Shown in pieces: positions 13,301-24,500 of a DNA stretch of 64,000 nucleotides. The stretch is from Camelus ferus (lineage: Eukaryota). The DNA lies in the NCBI RefSeq assembly GCF_009834535.1, contig NC_045712.1:25668001-25732000 (forward strand), written 5' to 3'. Each line of letters begins with the position of its first letter. Within the stretch, counting starts at the first letter, position 1. Under the pieces are notes generated by a model. It ran no database searches, was not told the DNA's origin, and worked only from the letters and a program-made list of their open reading frames with translations. A program made the translations under genes and the position numbers.

Positions 13301-15179
13301 GGCCCTTGACTGTGGCTTATGTAGGCCCACTGCATCACTGACCCCCCAGCACAGGAAAGGCTGGAACAACTGTGAGGTAAAGGACTGAACATGCTCTCAT
13401 CTGCCTCAACAAGGATGAACACACATCTACTCTCAGGGTTTAAAATACTAGTCCCGCCCAAGAAGAAACACAATGCCCCCAGTTCAAGTGAGAAGTAAAG
13501 TTGTTTAAGGTTTTTAACAATCAAATGCCATGCTTATCCTTTTATAAACAACAATTCCAGCCTAAGTGGTCCCAGGGTCCCTCCAAAACCCACCATTTTC
13601 AGTGTCTGAGACACCAGCAAACTTGCAGGAAAGGTGGTTTAAATCCTTGGTCATGCTAAATCTTCTGGCCCACATATTCCTGAATGCAGTCTCTTCCCCC
13701 ACCACAGCTTAGTAGCCCCTTTGCTCAAACTTTTTCAACCAGTCTCTGAGCTGGCTCCTCCTCCCTCATCTTTCCTTCCATTGGCTGACCTCACAGTCAA
13801 CAGTCCATATCCCATCCCCTCCCTGCCATTATCTGTGTGGCCACCAATAAGATCTCTTAAACATAGGTCTGGATGGTGCCACTCCACTAATGCAAAGCCT
13901 TCCCAGACTCCTACACCTTGAGTATGAAGTTTGAACTCCTAAGTAGAAGGAAGGCGTGGGGCTTCCACCTGTCAAGCTGAAGGACTCACAGGTGCTATTC
14001 TAGGCACTCATATACATGTGGTTCCCTGTGTCCAGAGCTTGCTGTCCCCCAGCTAACTTCTGCTGGCCCTGCAAACCTCAGCTCAGGAATTCCCTTTCTC
14101 CTCAGACTCTCAAAGCACCATGTGAGCACACTTAGAGAGCAGACACTATTAATCACAGGCTCCCATCCCCTACTGTCCACCAAACTGAGTTCCTTAAAGG
14201 CAGAACCAGCCTCTTTCGTGAGTCCCCTGGACCTACCACAGAATTTGGTAAGTAGTGAAGCCAAATATTTGTTAAATAAATGAATGCATTTTGCCATATC
14301 AACTTTTAAGAACAGTGAAGACTTGCCCTCTACCTCTTTCAACACAGGTACACAAGGTTTCATGTTCCAACCAAACGTTTCTTTCCTATACAGTACTGCT
14401 CACTCAGACTTTCCATACAGTATCCCACAGGCCTTTAACAGGCTCACACTATGCATCCAACTCCCTCCTCAAATCTGATTTCTCCAAGAAATGGCTCCTT
14501 AGCCTCCTTTAAGCATGCAGGCCAGGAGCTCTTATTCCTTGACTCAAAGGCAAACAAAGTTCAACTTCATATTCAAACTATGCCGCCAATGTCGAATTCT
14601 TTTTTTTTAAAAAGGACATTCTAAAATTAGGTCTCTGAACCCTAAGCACAGAACAACCTGATAAAGTTACTACATCCCATCTACACCAAACTCCAAAACA
14701 CCTGGTAGCACATCCAACTCTTTATCTGGACTTCTGTCCTATAAACACCACCCTCCCTGCAGAGCCTGGCTTCCATGCCAGGAATCATGTCTACTCACTT
14801 ATTTAGGGAAACAGCAGGCCAGGCTCTTAAGTTAGAACTCTAGGCTAAACCCGTGCTGTCCTAGACTGTAGCTCTCACCAAGACAAAACTTCATGCTCAC
14901 TATTAATACTAATTCCAAAGTAATCTAAAAGTTTCTCAAGTCACAGAGATTTAAAAATGCATTTTAAATTAGTAGTTGAGTTTGAAATTAATTTGGAATT
15001 TATGGCATAAAGATTCTAAACCAAGAGAGCATTTTAGAGACGTTTTCTAAATATAACCGTGGGTGAATATGGTTTTCTAAACACCAAGTGAAAAGGTAGT
15101 AGCCGGCTTCCAAAGAAGCCCAAGTGTGTATGTATGTGGAGAGGTGACCCCAAGGCTCTGAGCGGCTGAGGACCCAAAG

Positions 15180-16450
15180 GCTGCGGCGCCCTTCCTCGCC
15201 TCCTGCGGGGGCTCAATGCCCCATCCTCAGGCTCCGGCCAAACTGGGCCGCGCTACCCTCTTCGGAAGCCCGGGAGGCGGCCCGCAGGCCGCACATGCCC
15301 GCGGCAGACGCGCAGGCCCCGCGTTCCCGGGAGCGCGGGCCGGGCTGAGGCCTGGCCCATCGCCGCGGCGCGCAGCCCCGACCCGGACGCCGATGCCCCA
15401 AGCCTTCGCCTAAACGGCCGAGAGCAAGGGGGCGGCTCTGCCCGGGCCGCGCCGCGCCTCACCCGCAAGGACGTCCGCGACCGTGTCCCCACCCCGGGCC
15501 AAATAGCGAGCAGCAGCAGGTGTTCCTAGGGAGGCTCGGGCGGCGACGGTCATGGGGCCCTGGGCTGCCAGGCTCGGCGGCAGGAGACAGGCGGCGCACT
15601 CACCGAGCGCCTGTGGGCGGGCCGCGGCAGGTGCTCGCTCTTCCCGGTCGCTAGACGCCGCCGCTGCACCCCGGGGACTCGGCGCGAAGCCGCCGCCACT
15701 GCTGCTGCCGCCGAGCCCGAGGAGCGCGAGCGCCGCACCGCAGCCTCCGCGCGAGCACGTACCGGGCGGTGAGAGGGCGCCGAGCGCGAGGGCGGGGCGC
15801 GCGGCCGGAGCCTAGCAACCCCCTGACACGCGAGTGCCGCAGCCAATCCCTCAGCCAGCTCCGCGCGGCGCCGACCGGCAGTCCTCGCGACGCCCGCTTC
15901 TGCCTGCGTCGGCCGCCCCGCAGCGCGCCGCACCCGCGCATAGGTCCCGCCCCCGCCCGCGCCGCTTTGCTCATTGGTCCGCCACGCCCCCGCCCGAAAG
16001 GACACGCCCCATCCTGGAAATCCCGCCCCGCGGCCCGCCAGGTTCGTCCCCGGGACACGCCCCGGCCCATCTCGGTCGCTCTGAGCGCTTGGGACTGGAA
16101 GTGGGGGAGGGGCGCCCCGCCCAACCTCAGGCATTTGGGTCTTTGACAGGCATCCAACCAACCCGGGTGGTCAGGCTCGAGAACTGGCCCGGCCACAACT
16201 GGCCACCCATCGATTGCCTTCAGCCGTCCTGATTTCCCTCGAACACAAATCAGGAGGTATTTCTAAGCCAAAAAAAGATCAGGAAGCGTCCTCTAAATTG
16301 CGAAGGATCGTGGCCATGTTGTCCGATTCTTATACTGATGAGGAAACTGAGGCAAAGACTGGACGGGCAGGAAGCGGGCCTGTCCCCCAGCAGGCGGGGG
16401 CGTCCGGGAAGCGCCTCTGGCCTGACCCTCGTCCCCTCCTCCTGCCCTGA
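15180..16450. promoter_or_regulatory. CpG island / DAG1 promoter
   Basis: Very high GC and CpG density; GC boxes (GGGGCGGG/CCCGCCCC at about 15790, 15950, 16022); CCAAT motifs (15843, 15974); RFX half-site CTAGCAAC at 15812-15819. Confidence 0.85.
15604..15780 (-). other. DAG1: DAG1 (dystroglycan) non-coding first exon; intron 1 runs from 15603 off the left edge of the window; no DAG1 CDS in the window
   Basis: CpG island. Minus-strand donor CGCTCG|GTGAGT (plus-strand ACTCAC at 15598-15603). Position and orientation match the conserved DAG1-NICN1-AMT-TCTA-RHOA synteny. Start site approximate; identity inferred mainly from synteny. Confidence 0.72.
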
Positions 16451-17018
16451 ACACCCGGAATCTGAAGCCTCCTCAGGCGCCAGAAATAGCTCTGACCCGC
16501 TGGCACTGGTCACTCACCCGAGGCCCGCATTCTTGCAGAGGGTGGGGGGAATAAAGAGGTGGGGGGTTATTGCTAAGGTCTGTCTCCCTTCAGAAAGGCT
16601 CTTGTCTTCCTAAAAGTGCTCTCATCTCCCCAGGGCTTACCTAGACCCCCCCCCCAATCTCAAAGCCCCAGATCTGACAGTTACTGGACCTGAACAGTTA
16701 CTGGATGGGTCTGGGGATGGGACCCATGGTGGGCTCTGTTCCCCAAGCCCTGTTTAGGATTTGTCCACTCTCTTCTGGGCCTGTGGCCAGGCTGGAATTC
16801 TAGGCCCGCGCTCTTGTCAGTGAGTACATTCTGAACACAGAACTGGCTGCCGCCTGCCAGGGGTTCCTCCCACAATCGAGACAGCTCTGGGTCTCCCCTG
16901 CTTTTTCCCCCTCTTCAGGAAGGACTGGGAGAAGAAAATTTCAGAGAGAGCAGAAAGGAATGCCCCATCTCCCAAACATTCACACCTGTTTGTGATTCTT
17001 TATATTTAAAAGCATAAC

Positions 17019-17170
17019 GGGGGATGATATAGCTTAAGTGGTAGCATACATGCTTTGCATGCGCAAGATCCTGGGTTCAATCCCAGTACCTCCTCCAAAA
17101 AGTAAATAAATACTTCCCCCCTAAAATAAATACCTCCCCCCTAAAAAAACTTTTTTTAAATTTTTTAAAA
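17019..17170 (+). mobile_element. tRNA-derived SINE
   Basis: A box TATAGCTTAAGTGG, B box GGTTCAATCCC; tail unit AAATAAATAC(T/C)TCCCCCCT duplicated at 17104-17142. Confidence 0.88.
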
Positions 17171-20058
17171 AACTTGGGTTCCAGACTTCATTCACATAGA
17201 CCAGAAAAAGAACTAAAAACCAGGAAAAGGGCCCAAATCATGAATTAATGTTAAAAGTAAAAAAAAAATTACTGGCCTCTCAAATCCAGCTCTAAAATTC
17301 TGCTGCTTTGAAAAGGCTAAGAATGCAGAAAATTATTTAGGTTTCTAAACAAAATACATTCTTTCATATACTCCTTCAGTTTATGGAGTCTACCACTACC
17401 CCCAAATAAACACCAGGCACTGCTTTGCAGCCCCAGGTTCTGCTGGGTAGTTTAATGTCTGACTATATAGTTATAAACATAAAACATATATATATATTTT
17501 TTTTCTAAAACAAAAGACAGCAGTGAGTACAGGCCTCATGAGGCACTTCCCTCCTACCATCTACACAGAAGCTGCTAGCTGTTCTTTAGTCCTCACTGAC
17601 CATCCATGGATGCTAGAGTAACTCCTCTTCTTCCTTTTTTAGCACTGGTCTTGTTACACGAGGCACCAAGCCTCAATCTGGCCTCCAAAGTCCCAGCACC
17701 CCATGCCCAAGCTTCCCAAGAACTCTGGCCATGGGAAGGTCCCTACCTCAACTAGCTGGTGCCAAAAGGTGAGACAGACCCTTCCTAATCCTAGGAGAAG
17801 AGGAGCAGTGTTTGCCTGAAGCCCTTATAGCCACCTTCCAGTCTCTGCCTCTCCCAGTTTGGGACTCAGTTGGAGATGCTGTGGTCCCAGACTGGCTGCA
17901 ATGCTCTCCCCCTGTCCCAGCCCTCCAGCCTTGGCATATCCACTCCCAGGTCCCCCAGCCCCCTGTACCTTCAGGCTCTAGAAGGCAAGAGGCCTGGTTG
18001 GCCAGAATTGGACCAGCCTCTTGGGGGCCTAACCAGCCCCCACTGGAACCCAACCAACCCCCATGGAACCCATAGCAGAGTAAAGAGGGAGGTAGACAGT
18101 CTTCATGGGCCCCTAGGATGTGTAGGGGCTAAATCAAGGCTCTGCTACTCCCTGTAGTCCTGAGAGTTGAAGACTTCCCACTCTCATGAAACTCTACAGC
18201 CCACCCTTGGGCTAAGCACAAGGTCCCCAGTGACTCACCCTTGGGAGTTATTCTGGAACCCCTGCGGTACCTAGGCCACCCTTGGTCAGGAGTGGTGCTC
18301 ACAGCCAGTTGGAGAGCACAGCCAAGAGTGAGACCCAGGGCACACCCAAGAACAGCTGCCCGAAGGGCCCACGTGGTATGAGCCCTGGGAGGACTGACTA
18401 TCAGGAGACTGAGAATGAGGCTCTTCAGTCAGTGACAGTCAGACCTCAATTCTCTTGGCCCTTTAGCCTCCAGTGCTTCCTTCATTTAGACCCCCAGCCA
18501 GAGGCTCCAGGAAGATTATCAGATTAAGTTTTTTCTTCCCCACGGAAGTATGAGTCCTTGAGGCCAGATGTGCACCTGCTTGTTCCCACCATTGCAACAG
18601 TCACCTGACAGCATGCACATAGTAGAGGCTCAATTTTTGTTTGGGAAAGAAGGAATCAGCGGACACTGCCTGCCTCACTTGTTGGTTGGCAATTAGCCCC
18701 AAGGGCCCAAGCCCTGTGTAAGGCCCAAGGCAGATGTCCCAATGCTTACTTGGGGCTGATGTGATTTAAGCTATGGCTTTGGTTCTAGCTCAAATAAAAT
18801 CCAGCAGACACCTACATAGACCAAACTTTCCTCTGGTCCTAGGGCCTTTTTATTCTGGCATGTTCCCCAAGGAACCAAGGGCCTGGGGCCAGTGCCCAGC
18901 CTGAGGGAGGGAGGCTCCTGCTGCTGAGCCTCCCCGAGTCCCGATGGAGAGCAGCATGGGTCAGTGCTGGCTGAGAGTAGAGGCTCCTGACCCAAATGCC
19001 AGGCCAGCAGTGGGCTGGCAAGCAGGGCCAGCCAAATCAGGGCAAGGGAGGAGTCCCTTTTGTCTGGATTTAACAGAAGGCAGATTGTCCAGCAGCTCTG
19101 GCAGAAAGAAAGGGCTGATAAGTTCATCCGGGAGAAACTGCCAGTAGGCGTGTTTGCTGGTCACGACCAGCCTTCCGACAAGTTAGTTCCCTCCCTTGCA
19201 GGGCCCTCCACTCCAGCACTTCCAGCAGACCCCTTCAGACGTGTCTGGCACAGGGCCTTCCTCTAGTCAGCCAGGCAGCAGCTTCTACACCTAGTTCTCC
19301 AGAACATGCAGTCCTTTGGGAACAGGAACTCCACAGCAAGGGTGAGGGCTAGTTGAATAAATAAAAGTCCCTCTCCCCAGGTGGACACATATTTCTACTG
19401 CCCCCTCGCTCAGCCACATTCCACTCTCTTCTGGCTCTGGGATAAAACAGTCCCCCAAGTCCAACTTTGGGTGATTGTTCTCAAAACACTGAGCTTCTGG
19501 CCTTGAGCACTGGACTAAACACCAGATTAGGTCTGGTCTGACCAGGTAGCCAGTGGAAGCAAGCAAAGTAAACGGTCTGTTTGTTAATTCTTTTCAGTCA
19601 ATGACCAACTAGCCCCTAAACTTCTTGGGGAAACTACCCACACTCTTCTGGTTCAGCCAGATTAAGAGTCCCTTCTCTCGCTCAGTCATATGTCCATGTA
19701 TGGCTCAGAGGTTGGCCAGAGGCTCCTTCAGGGGCAGAAAGACCTCTTCTCAGAGATGGCCTGAGATCTGGGCCCATCCCTCTCATCAGCCTGGGATCCT
19801 CTCAGTGGCCCCTTAGTCAGGTGACATTAACGGGCTACCCAGCAGCACTGCTGTCATGGCTGATGGGTAACCCATTGGAACACTGGAAAGTGTTGGACCT
19901 GAGTGGACTGACAGCCTTTGCTCTAGGCTGAGTGACAGAGACAGTCAGGGCCTCTGGGAGCTCCACCTGTGGTCTGGGAAATCCCCAGTAATTCTGGGAG
20001 GAATAAGAGGGATCCCTCCAGCCATCTTGTGGGGAGCTAATAAAGGATAAAGCGTGAA

Positions 20059-20157
20059 GGGAGGGTGGGTTAGCTCAGTGGTAGACTGAGTGCTTTGCAG
20101 GCATGAGGTCTTGAGTTCAATGCCCAGTACCTCCATTAAAAAAAAAAAAAAAAAAAA
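20059..20157 (+). mobile_element. tRNA-derived SINE, short poly(A) form
   Basis: TAGCTCAGTGGTAGA ... GAGTTCAATGCCC followed by a pure A tail; TSD AAAGCGTGAA / AAAGAGTGAA. Confidence 0.9.
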
Positions 20158-20379
20158 GAGTGAATGTTAGTTTATCAGCCCCAAACCTCCCAGTAGATCC
20201 ATGTCCATGTGAGGAATAAGCCTCTGTAGGGACCCAGAGCTAAATTCACTGTGTGACCTTACATAAGCTAATTGCCCTCTCTGAGTCTCTCAGCCATCCT
20301 CATCATCAAGGGACCTCATGTGATGTATGGGCCTGCTCGCTGTGGGACCTGCCTGCTCACTGAGAATGACAGGTCACTG

Positions 20380-20900
20380 TATGTGACTGGACCAGTTTGA
20401 AACATCCATCAATGGATTGTTAATCCACAGATATTTACTGAGTCTATTATACGCTGGAAACACAGCAAGGGATAAAAGGAATAAGCCCTGCTCTTGTGGA
20501 GCCCAAATTCTAGTGTAGCAAGATATATGGTAAATAAACAAGTAAATAAAAGTACAATAATCGGGCATGAGAGGGCTGGGAGGCGCCAGGATCTGCTGTG
20601 CTGTACAGCTCTTCAGGAAAGTCCTCTCTCTGAAGACAGAGCCCACAGGAGATAAAGTAGGAAGTCCTGGAGGTTTCGGGGAAATGAGGGGAACCAGCCT
20701 AGGGAATGGCCACCACAGTCGGGGCAGAGGAGGGCGTGGCCAGGTCTGAGGAATCTTGGAGGTCAGCATGGCCTGAGCAGTGAATGCAACAGTGAACAAG
20801 GGAAGATGAGTGACTGGTAGGAGGCAGGCACTGGAGCTGGATTTAAGCTGGCTCAGGTTTGCCAGAAGGACAGGATCCCAGGAACAAGGGATAGGGAAGC
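20380..20900 (-). mobile_element. L2 fragment
   Basis: ATATTTACTGAGTCTATTAT...AAGCCCTGCTCTTGTGGAGCCCAAATTCTAGTG and later GGCCAGTGTGG-like blocks typical of antisense L2. Confidence 0.5.
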
Positions 20901-23900
20901 TGAAGGGTGGGAGCAAGGAGGAGGGGAGTGGGGACGGTGCCCTCAGGCCTCATGGAAGGAATGCAGTGGGGTGAGGAATGAGGGGGCAGCAGCTTGGCCC
21001 CAGCCCTGGAGCCCCTCCTTTCCCTGGGAGATGGGGAGAGGGGTGGGAGAGCAGGCAGGGGAGGGGGCAGACATAGGGGGCCTGCAGGGGAAGGGCACCA
21101 GGCGCTATAGAAGTCAAGTCAGAACAAGCATTTAGAGAGAAAATGTCTCACTTTCCCTGCCTCCACCTTCCACCGGAATGCAGAGGCGGCACCCCCCTCC
21201 CCACCTCCAGCCCCAAAGGAGGAAGGACGAGGGGGGCAGGGAAAATGCCTGTGGTGAGAGGAATGGCTGGGGCAGCTCCTGGTCTGTGCTGCAGGTAAGG
21301 GCTTTAGGAGAGACCCTGCAGAGCCCACCAGAGCGGGCCTGGCACCAGCTCCCTGAGGAAAGGAAGCCCTTGGGATGGGCCAAGGTGAAGTGGGGAGAAA
21401 GAGTAGAGAAGGAGGGGGAATATCCTGGTCCAAGACAGGTTCTAGGGTGCTCCTCCCACCCGACTCCCCTGGGCTGCTGTTAGACACAGGCTTGCTGGAA
21501 GCCCTCAGGAGAAATTGAGTGTCACCTGCAGGCACATGGGACCTCAGCCAGCTGTCCCATCCATCCCCCTCCTGCTCACTGCTCAGGGCTGGTAACCTTC
21601 AAAGGTCTCTCCCTGCAGCTGCCAGTTAGCCAGAATGGATCAAAGTCCTGGCTGGGGTCACCCGTGAATGGGCAGAAGAGCTCTGTGTTCATCAGATGAG
21701 TTCAGTAGGCTGAACCTGACAAGGGATGTCAGGGACCCCAGGGACCAGGAAGGCCTGGAACAGGAAGGACTGAGGTCCTAAGGACTCAGGACCAGCCCTG
21801 GCCCTGGAGGTAAGAGAGACCCCAGCTTGAAGCCAAGGTTCTGGATCTCTGTGTGTGGGCATGACTGGCTGCAAACATGGTCGTGGCTGTTTGCAGAGGC
21901 ACTGACATGTCCTAAGGGCCATACAAAGACCCATTCATGATTCGTGGAGAATTTTTACAGAAAAGTTGAAAAAAACCATTTTGTCTCTTCCTCCCCCACC
22001 CATCTCTGTGCCCTCAAGCACATGTGGGAATGTGGCAGCTGGCATGACACCAAGGTGGGGACATCAAGGTAGAGGGAAGGCTGCTCCAGAAGAGGATAGC
22101 CTGGGCCTCAAAGCCAGGGCCCAGGAGCTGCTCCCCCAAGTTTGGGGCCTCAGGAAGGAAGCTGGCGTTGGCTGATCCCCTGCCCTCCCTCTGCCTGAAA
22201 CCTCCTTGTGCTCACCCTGCTGGCTGGGACCCTTGGCAGCTGGTTCAGTGGCAGCGGTGCTGAGTTGGGCAAAGAAGTGGCAGCCCACAGGCCTCCTTAC
22301 TGCACCTACAACCACTGGGACCAGCCTCACTCCCAGTAGGTTCCCTCAATTCCCCAGTTCACAGGAGGCAGGCCCTGGGGGAGTCCCAGGCCTACTTGCT
22401 CTTATAGTGGGCAGCCCAGGTTTGAGGCCCCAAGGGCTGGATGCACACAGGCAGGGGCCCTGGCGCCTGCCTCTGACTGACTGGGACCTTGGGCAAACCA
22501 TTTTCCCTGCCTGACCCTATGGGCCAGAGCTTTCCAAAAGGTGCCGGGTTATTTACTTTCCTTCCCAGAAGGGCCAGGACACAGGTGCAGATAAGGAGCT
22601 GAGGAGCTGGGGAGAGGGAAAAAAAAACCCCAGGGACTAGTGCGGGGGGAGGGCTCTAGAAGGATCCTGAGAGAGGCAGTGCAGCCCAGGGGGATGGCCT
22701 TTGGAGGAACCACCAGAAGGGGGAAGAGAGCACTTGCTCCCTCGCTAGCCCCCCATTCCTCATCCCATCTTTTCCTTCCCAGAGGAATTCTGGTTGCCTG
22801 TGAAAGCACTGGAGCCAGGCTGGCCCCTTGGCAGCAGATGCTGCCCCTCCCCTGCTGCCCTCCCACCCCCACTGGCTCTCGACCTCCATTCCCACGGCCC
22901 AGCAGCCAGGGGGCTTCTTCACCTGCTGCTGTCCTGGTTCCCTCCCTCTTCCGGGCCAGCAGCTGTTCCCAGACAGCTGGATCAGAGGGGACACTGCCTC
23001 CTGCTGAACTGCCATGACCTCCTCCTCCCCTGCCCGATGGCCCTGCTGGCCCACCCACAGCCCTGCCTTTCAGATGTCCTTGACTTCAAATCTTGGAAAC
23101 CCAGCACAGCTGTGGGTTGTCTGCACTCTCACAAGGGGTAACAGCTGCTGCTGCTCCCAGCCTCCTCCAGGGCCAAGATGCCCTTCCCTCCTGTTAGCTG
23201 AGGGTGAAGTGCCAGCCCTTACCCTGTACATCCTCCTCGTTTTATTGGGCTTTGGTCTTCTGAGCCCCTAAAACCACTGCAGCCTGCAGGGAGGAGAGGC
23301 CATGCAGCCCTGTCCTCTGCTGACCCAGTATTGGTGCAGCAGCAGCCAAAGCTAACTTTCAAACCCAAATCTACCTGTGATCCCACCCTGCTCAGTGTTC
23401 TGCTTGACCTCCCACTGCCACTGTCTGGGAACAAGGACTCCTCATTCACCCTGACCTGCCCAGCTTAGTTACCTGCCCTCTACTCTACCCCCTGCCCCCC
23501 AACATTCCATCCTTCACTTCTCTCAATACCTACCCACACATCTTGACCCTAGGTTTTTTTTTTTTTTTTTTTTGCATAAACCCTCAGCTACGTGGAACCT
23601 TTTTAAGTTCCTACACAGGCATCTGCCAGCTCACCTCAAGCCTTTCAAGCCTTCCCACATGGGACACTTCTGCCCACAGCATTCTTTTCCCACTGGGCCG
23701 ACTTCATTCCTGCTCATTCCCCGTTCAGTTTCTGGCTTGGGCACTGTGTCCCTGCTCTGGATCTTTGTTTAGTATTATGTCTCATTTAGAGTTTATGCCT
23801 AGGACAGATTGGAGGATCTGTGTCTGGCTATTCCTCCATCCTGGGAACCTCTAGCACCTGAGACAGAGCATAGCACTTAGGTACCCAATCAAATGGAAGG

Positions 23901-24294
23901 AATGAATGAACATTTGAAAATGAGGCTTCTTGGAGTCTGAAGTCTGTGTAGGAGATCTGTACCCTTCTGGAGAGACCTCCCAGAGAGTCCAATTTGCATT
24001 TTGGAGCCCAATCCTCATAAACCAACATAACTTCAGGGACTGCCAGCCTCCTGAAGAATAAATTTAAGCACCACCCTATATCCCCCTGGGCAATAGGAAC
24101 CTGCCCTGGACTGGTCAAGGCTCACTAGTCTCATCCCCTCCCCTCAACTCACCTATGCGGGCCCCTTCTCCTCCACCTACCCAAGCCCTGCCTATTCCAC
24201 TCAAGAACAATATGCAGAATTCTTCTCAGCATCTGACTCCGTACTGTTTCTAGGAGACCTCAAGCTCTTGGAGGGCAAAGGTTGCCCTCGATTA

Positions 24295-24500
24295 TAACAG
24301 CTACCATCACTGAGCTCTGTCCTGCACCCTGGATACACAAATTTCACTTTGCTTCCCAACAACCCTCTGAAGCAGTTATTATTGGCTCCACGTTACAGAT
24401 GAGGAAACTGAGGCACGAGGGTAAAGTCACTTAGCAGAGGTCACATAGCCAGGAAATGACCAAGCTGAAGATCTGGGTTCATCTTCATAGCCTTCACTGT
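24295..24500 (-). mobile_element. MIR fragment
   Basis: TTACAGATGAGGAAACTGAGGCAC...GTAAAGTCACTT...GGTCACATAGC core. Confidence 0.75.

Noticed and set aside
15034-16613. Many overlapping 60-203 aa ORFs in the DAG1 CpG island
   Set aside because: Ala/Arg/Gly/Pro-rich frames on both strands are the expected result of stop-codon scarcity in GC-rich DNA; no recognisable domains.
22202-22339. Signal-peptide-like frame LLVLTLLAGTLGSWFSGSGAELGKEV...
   Set aside because: An in-frame TGA lies immediately upstream (22196-22198), with no ATG and no convincing flanking splice sites.
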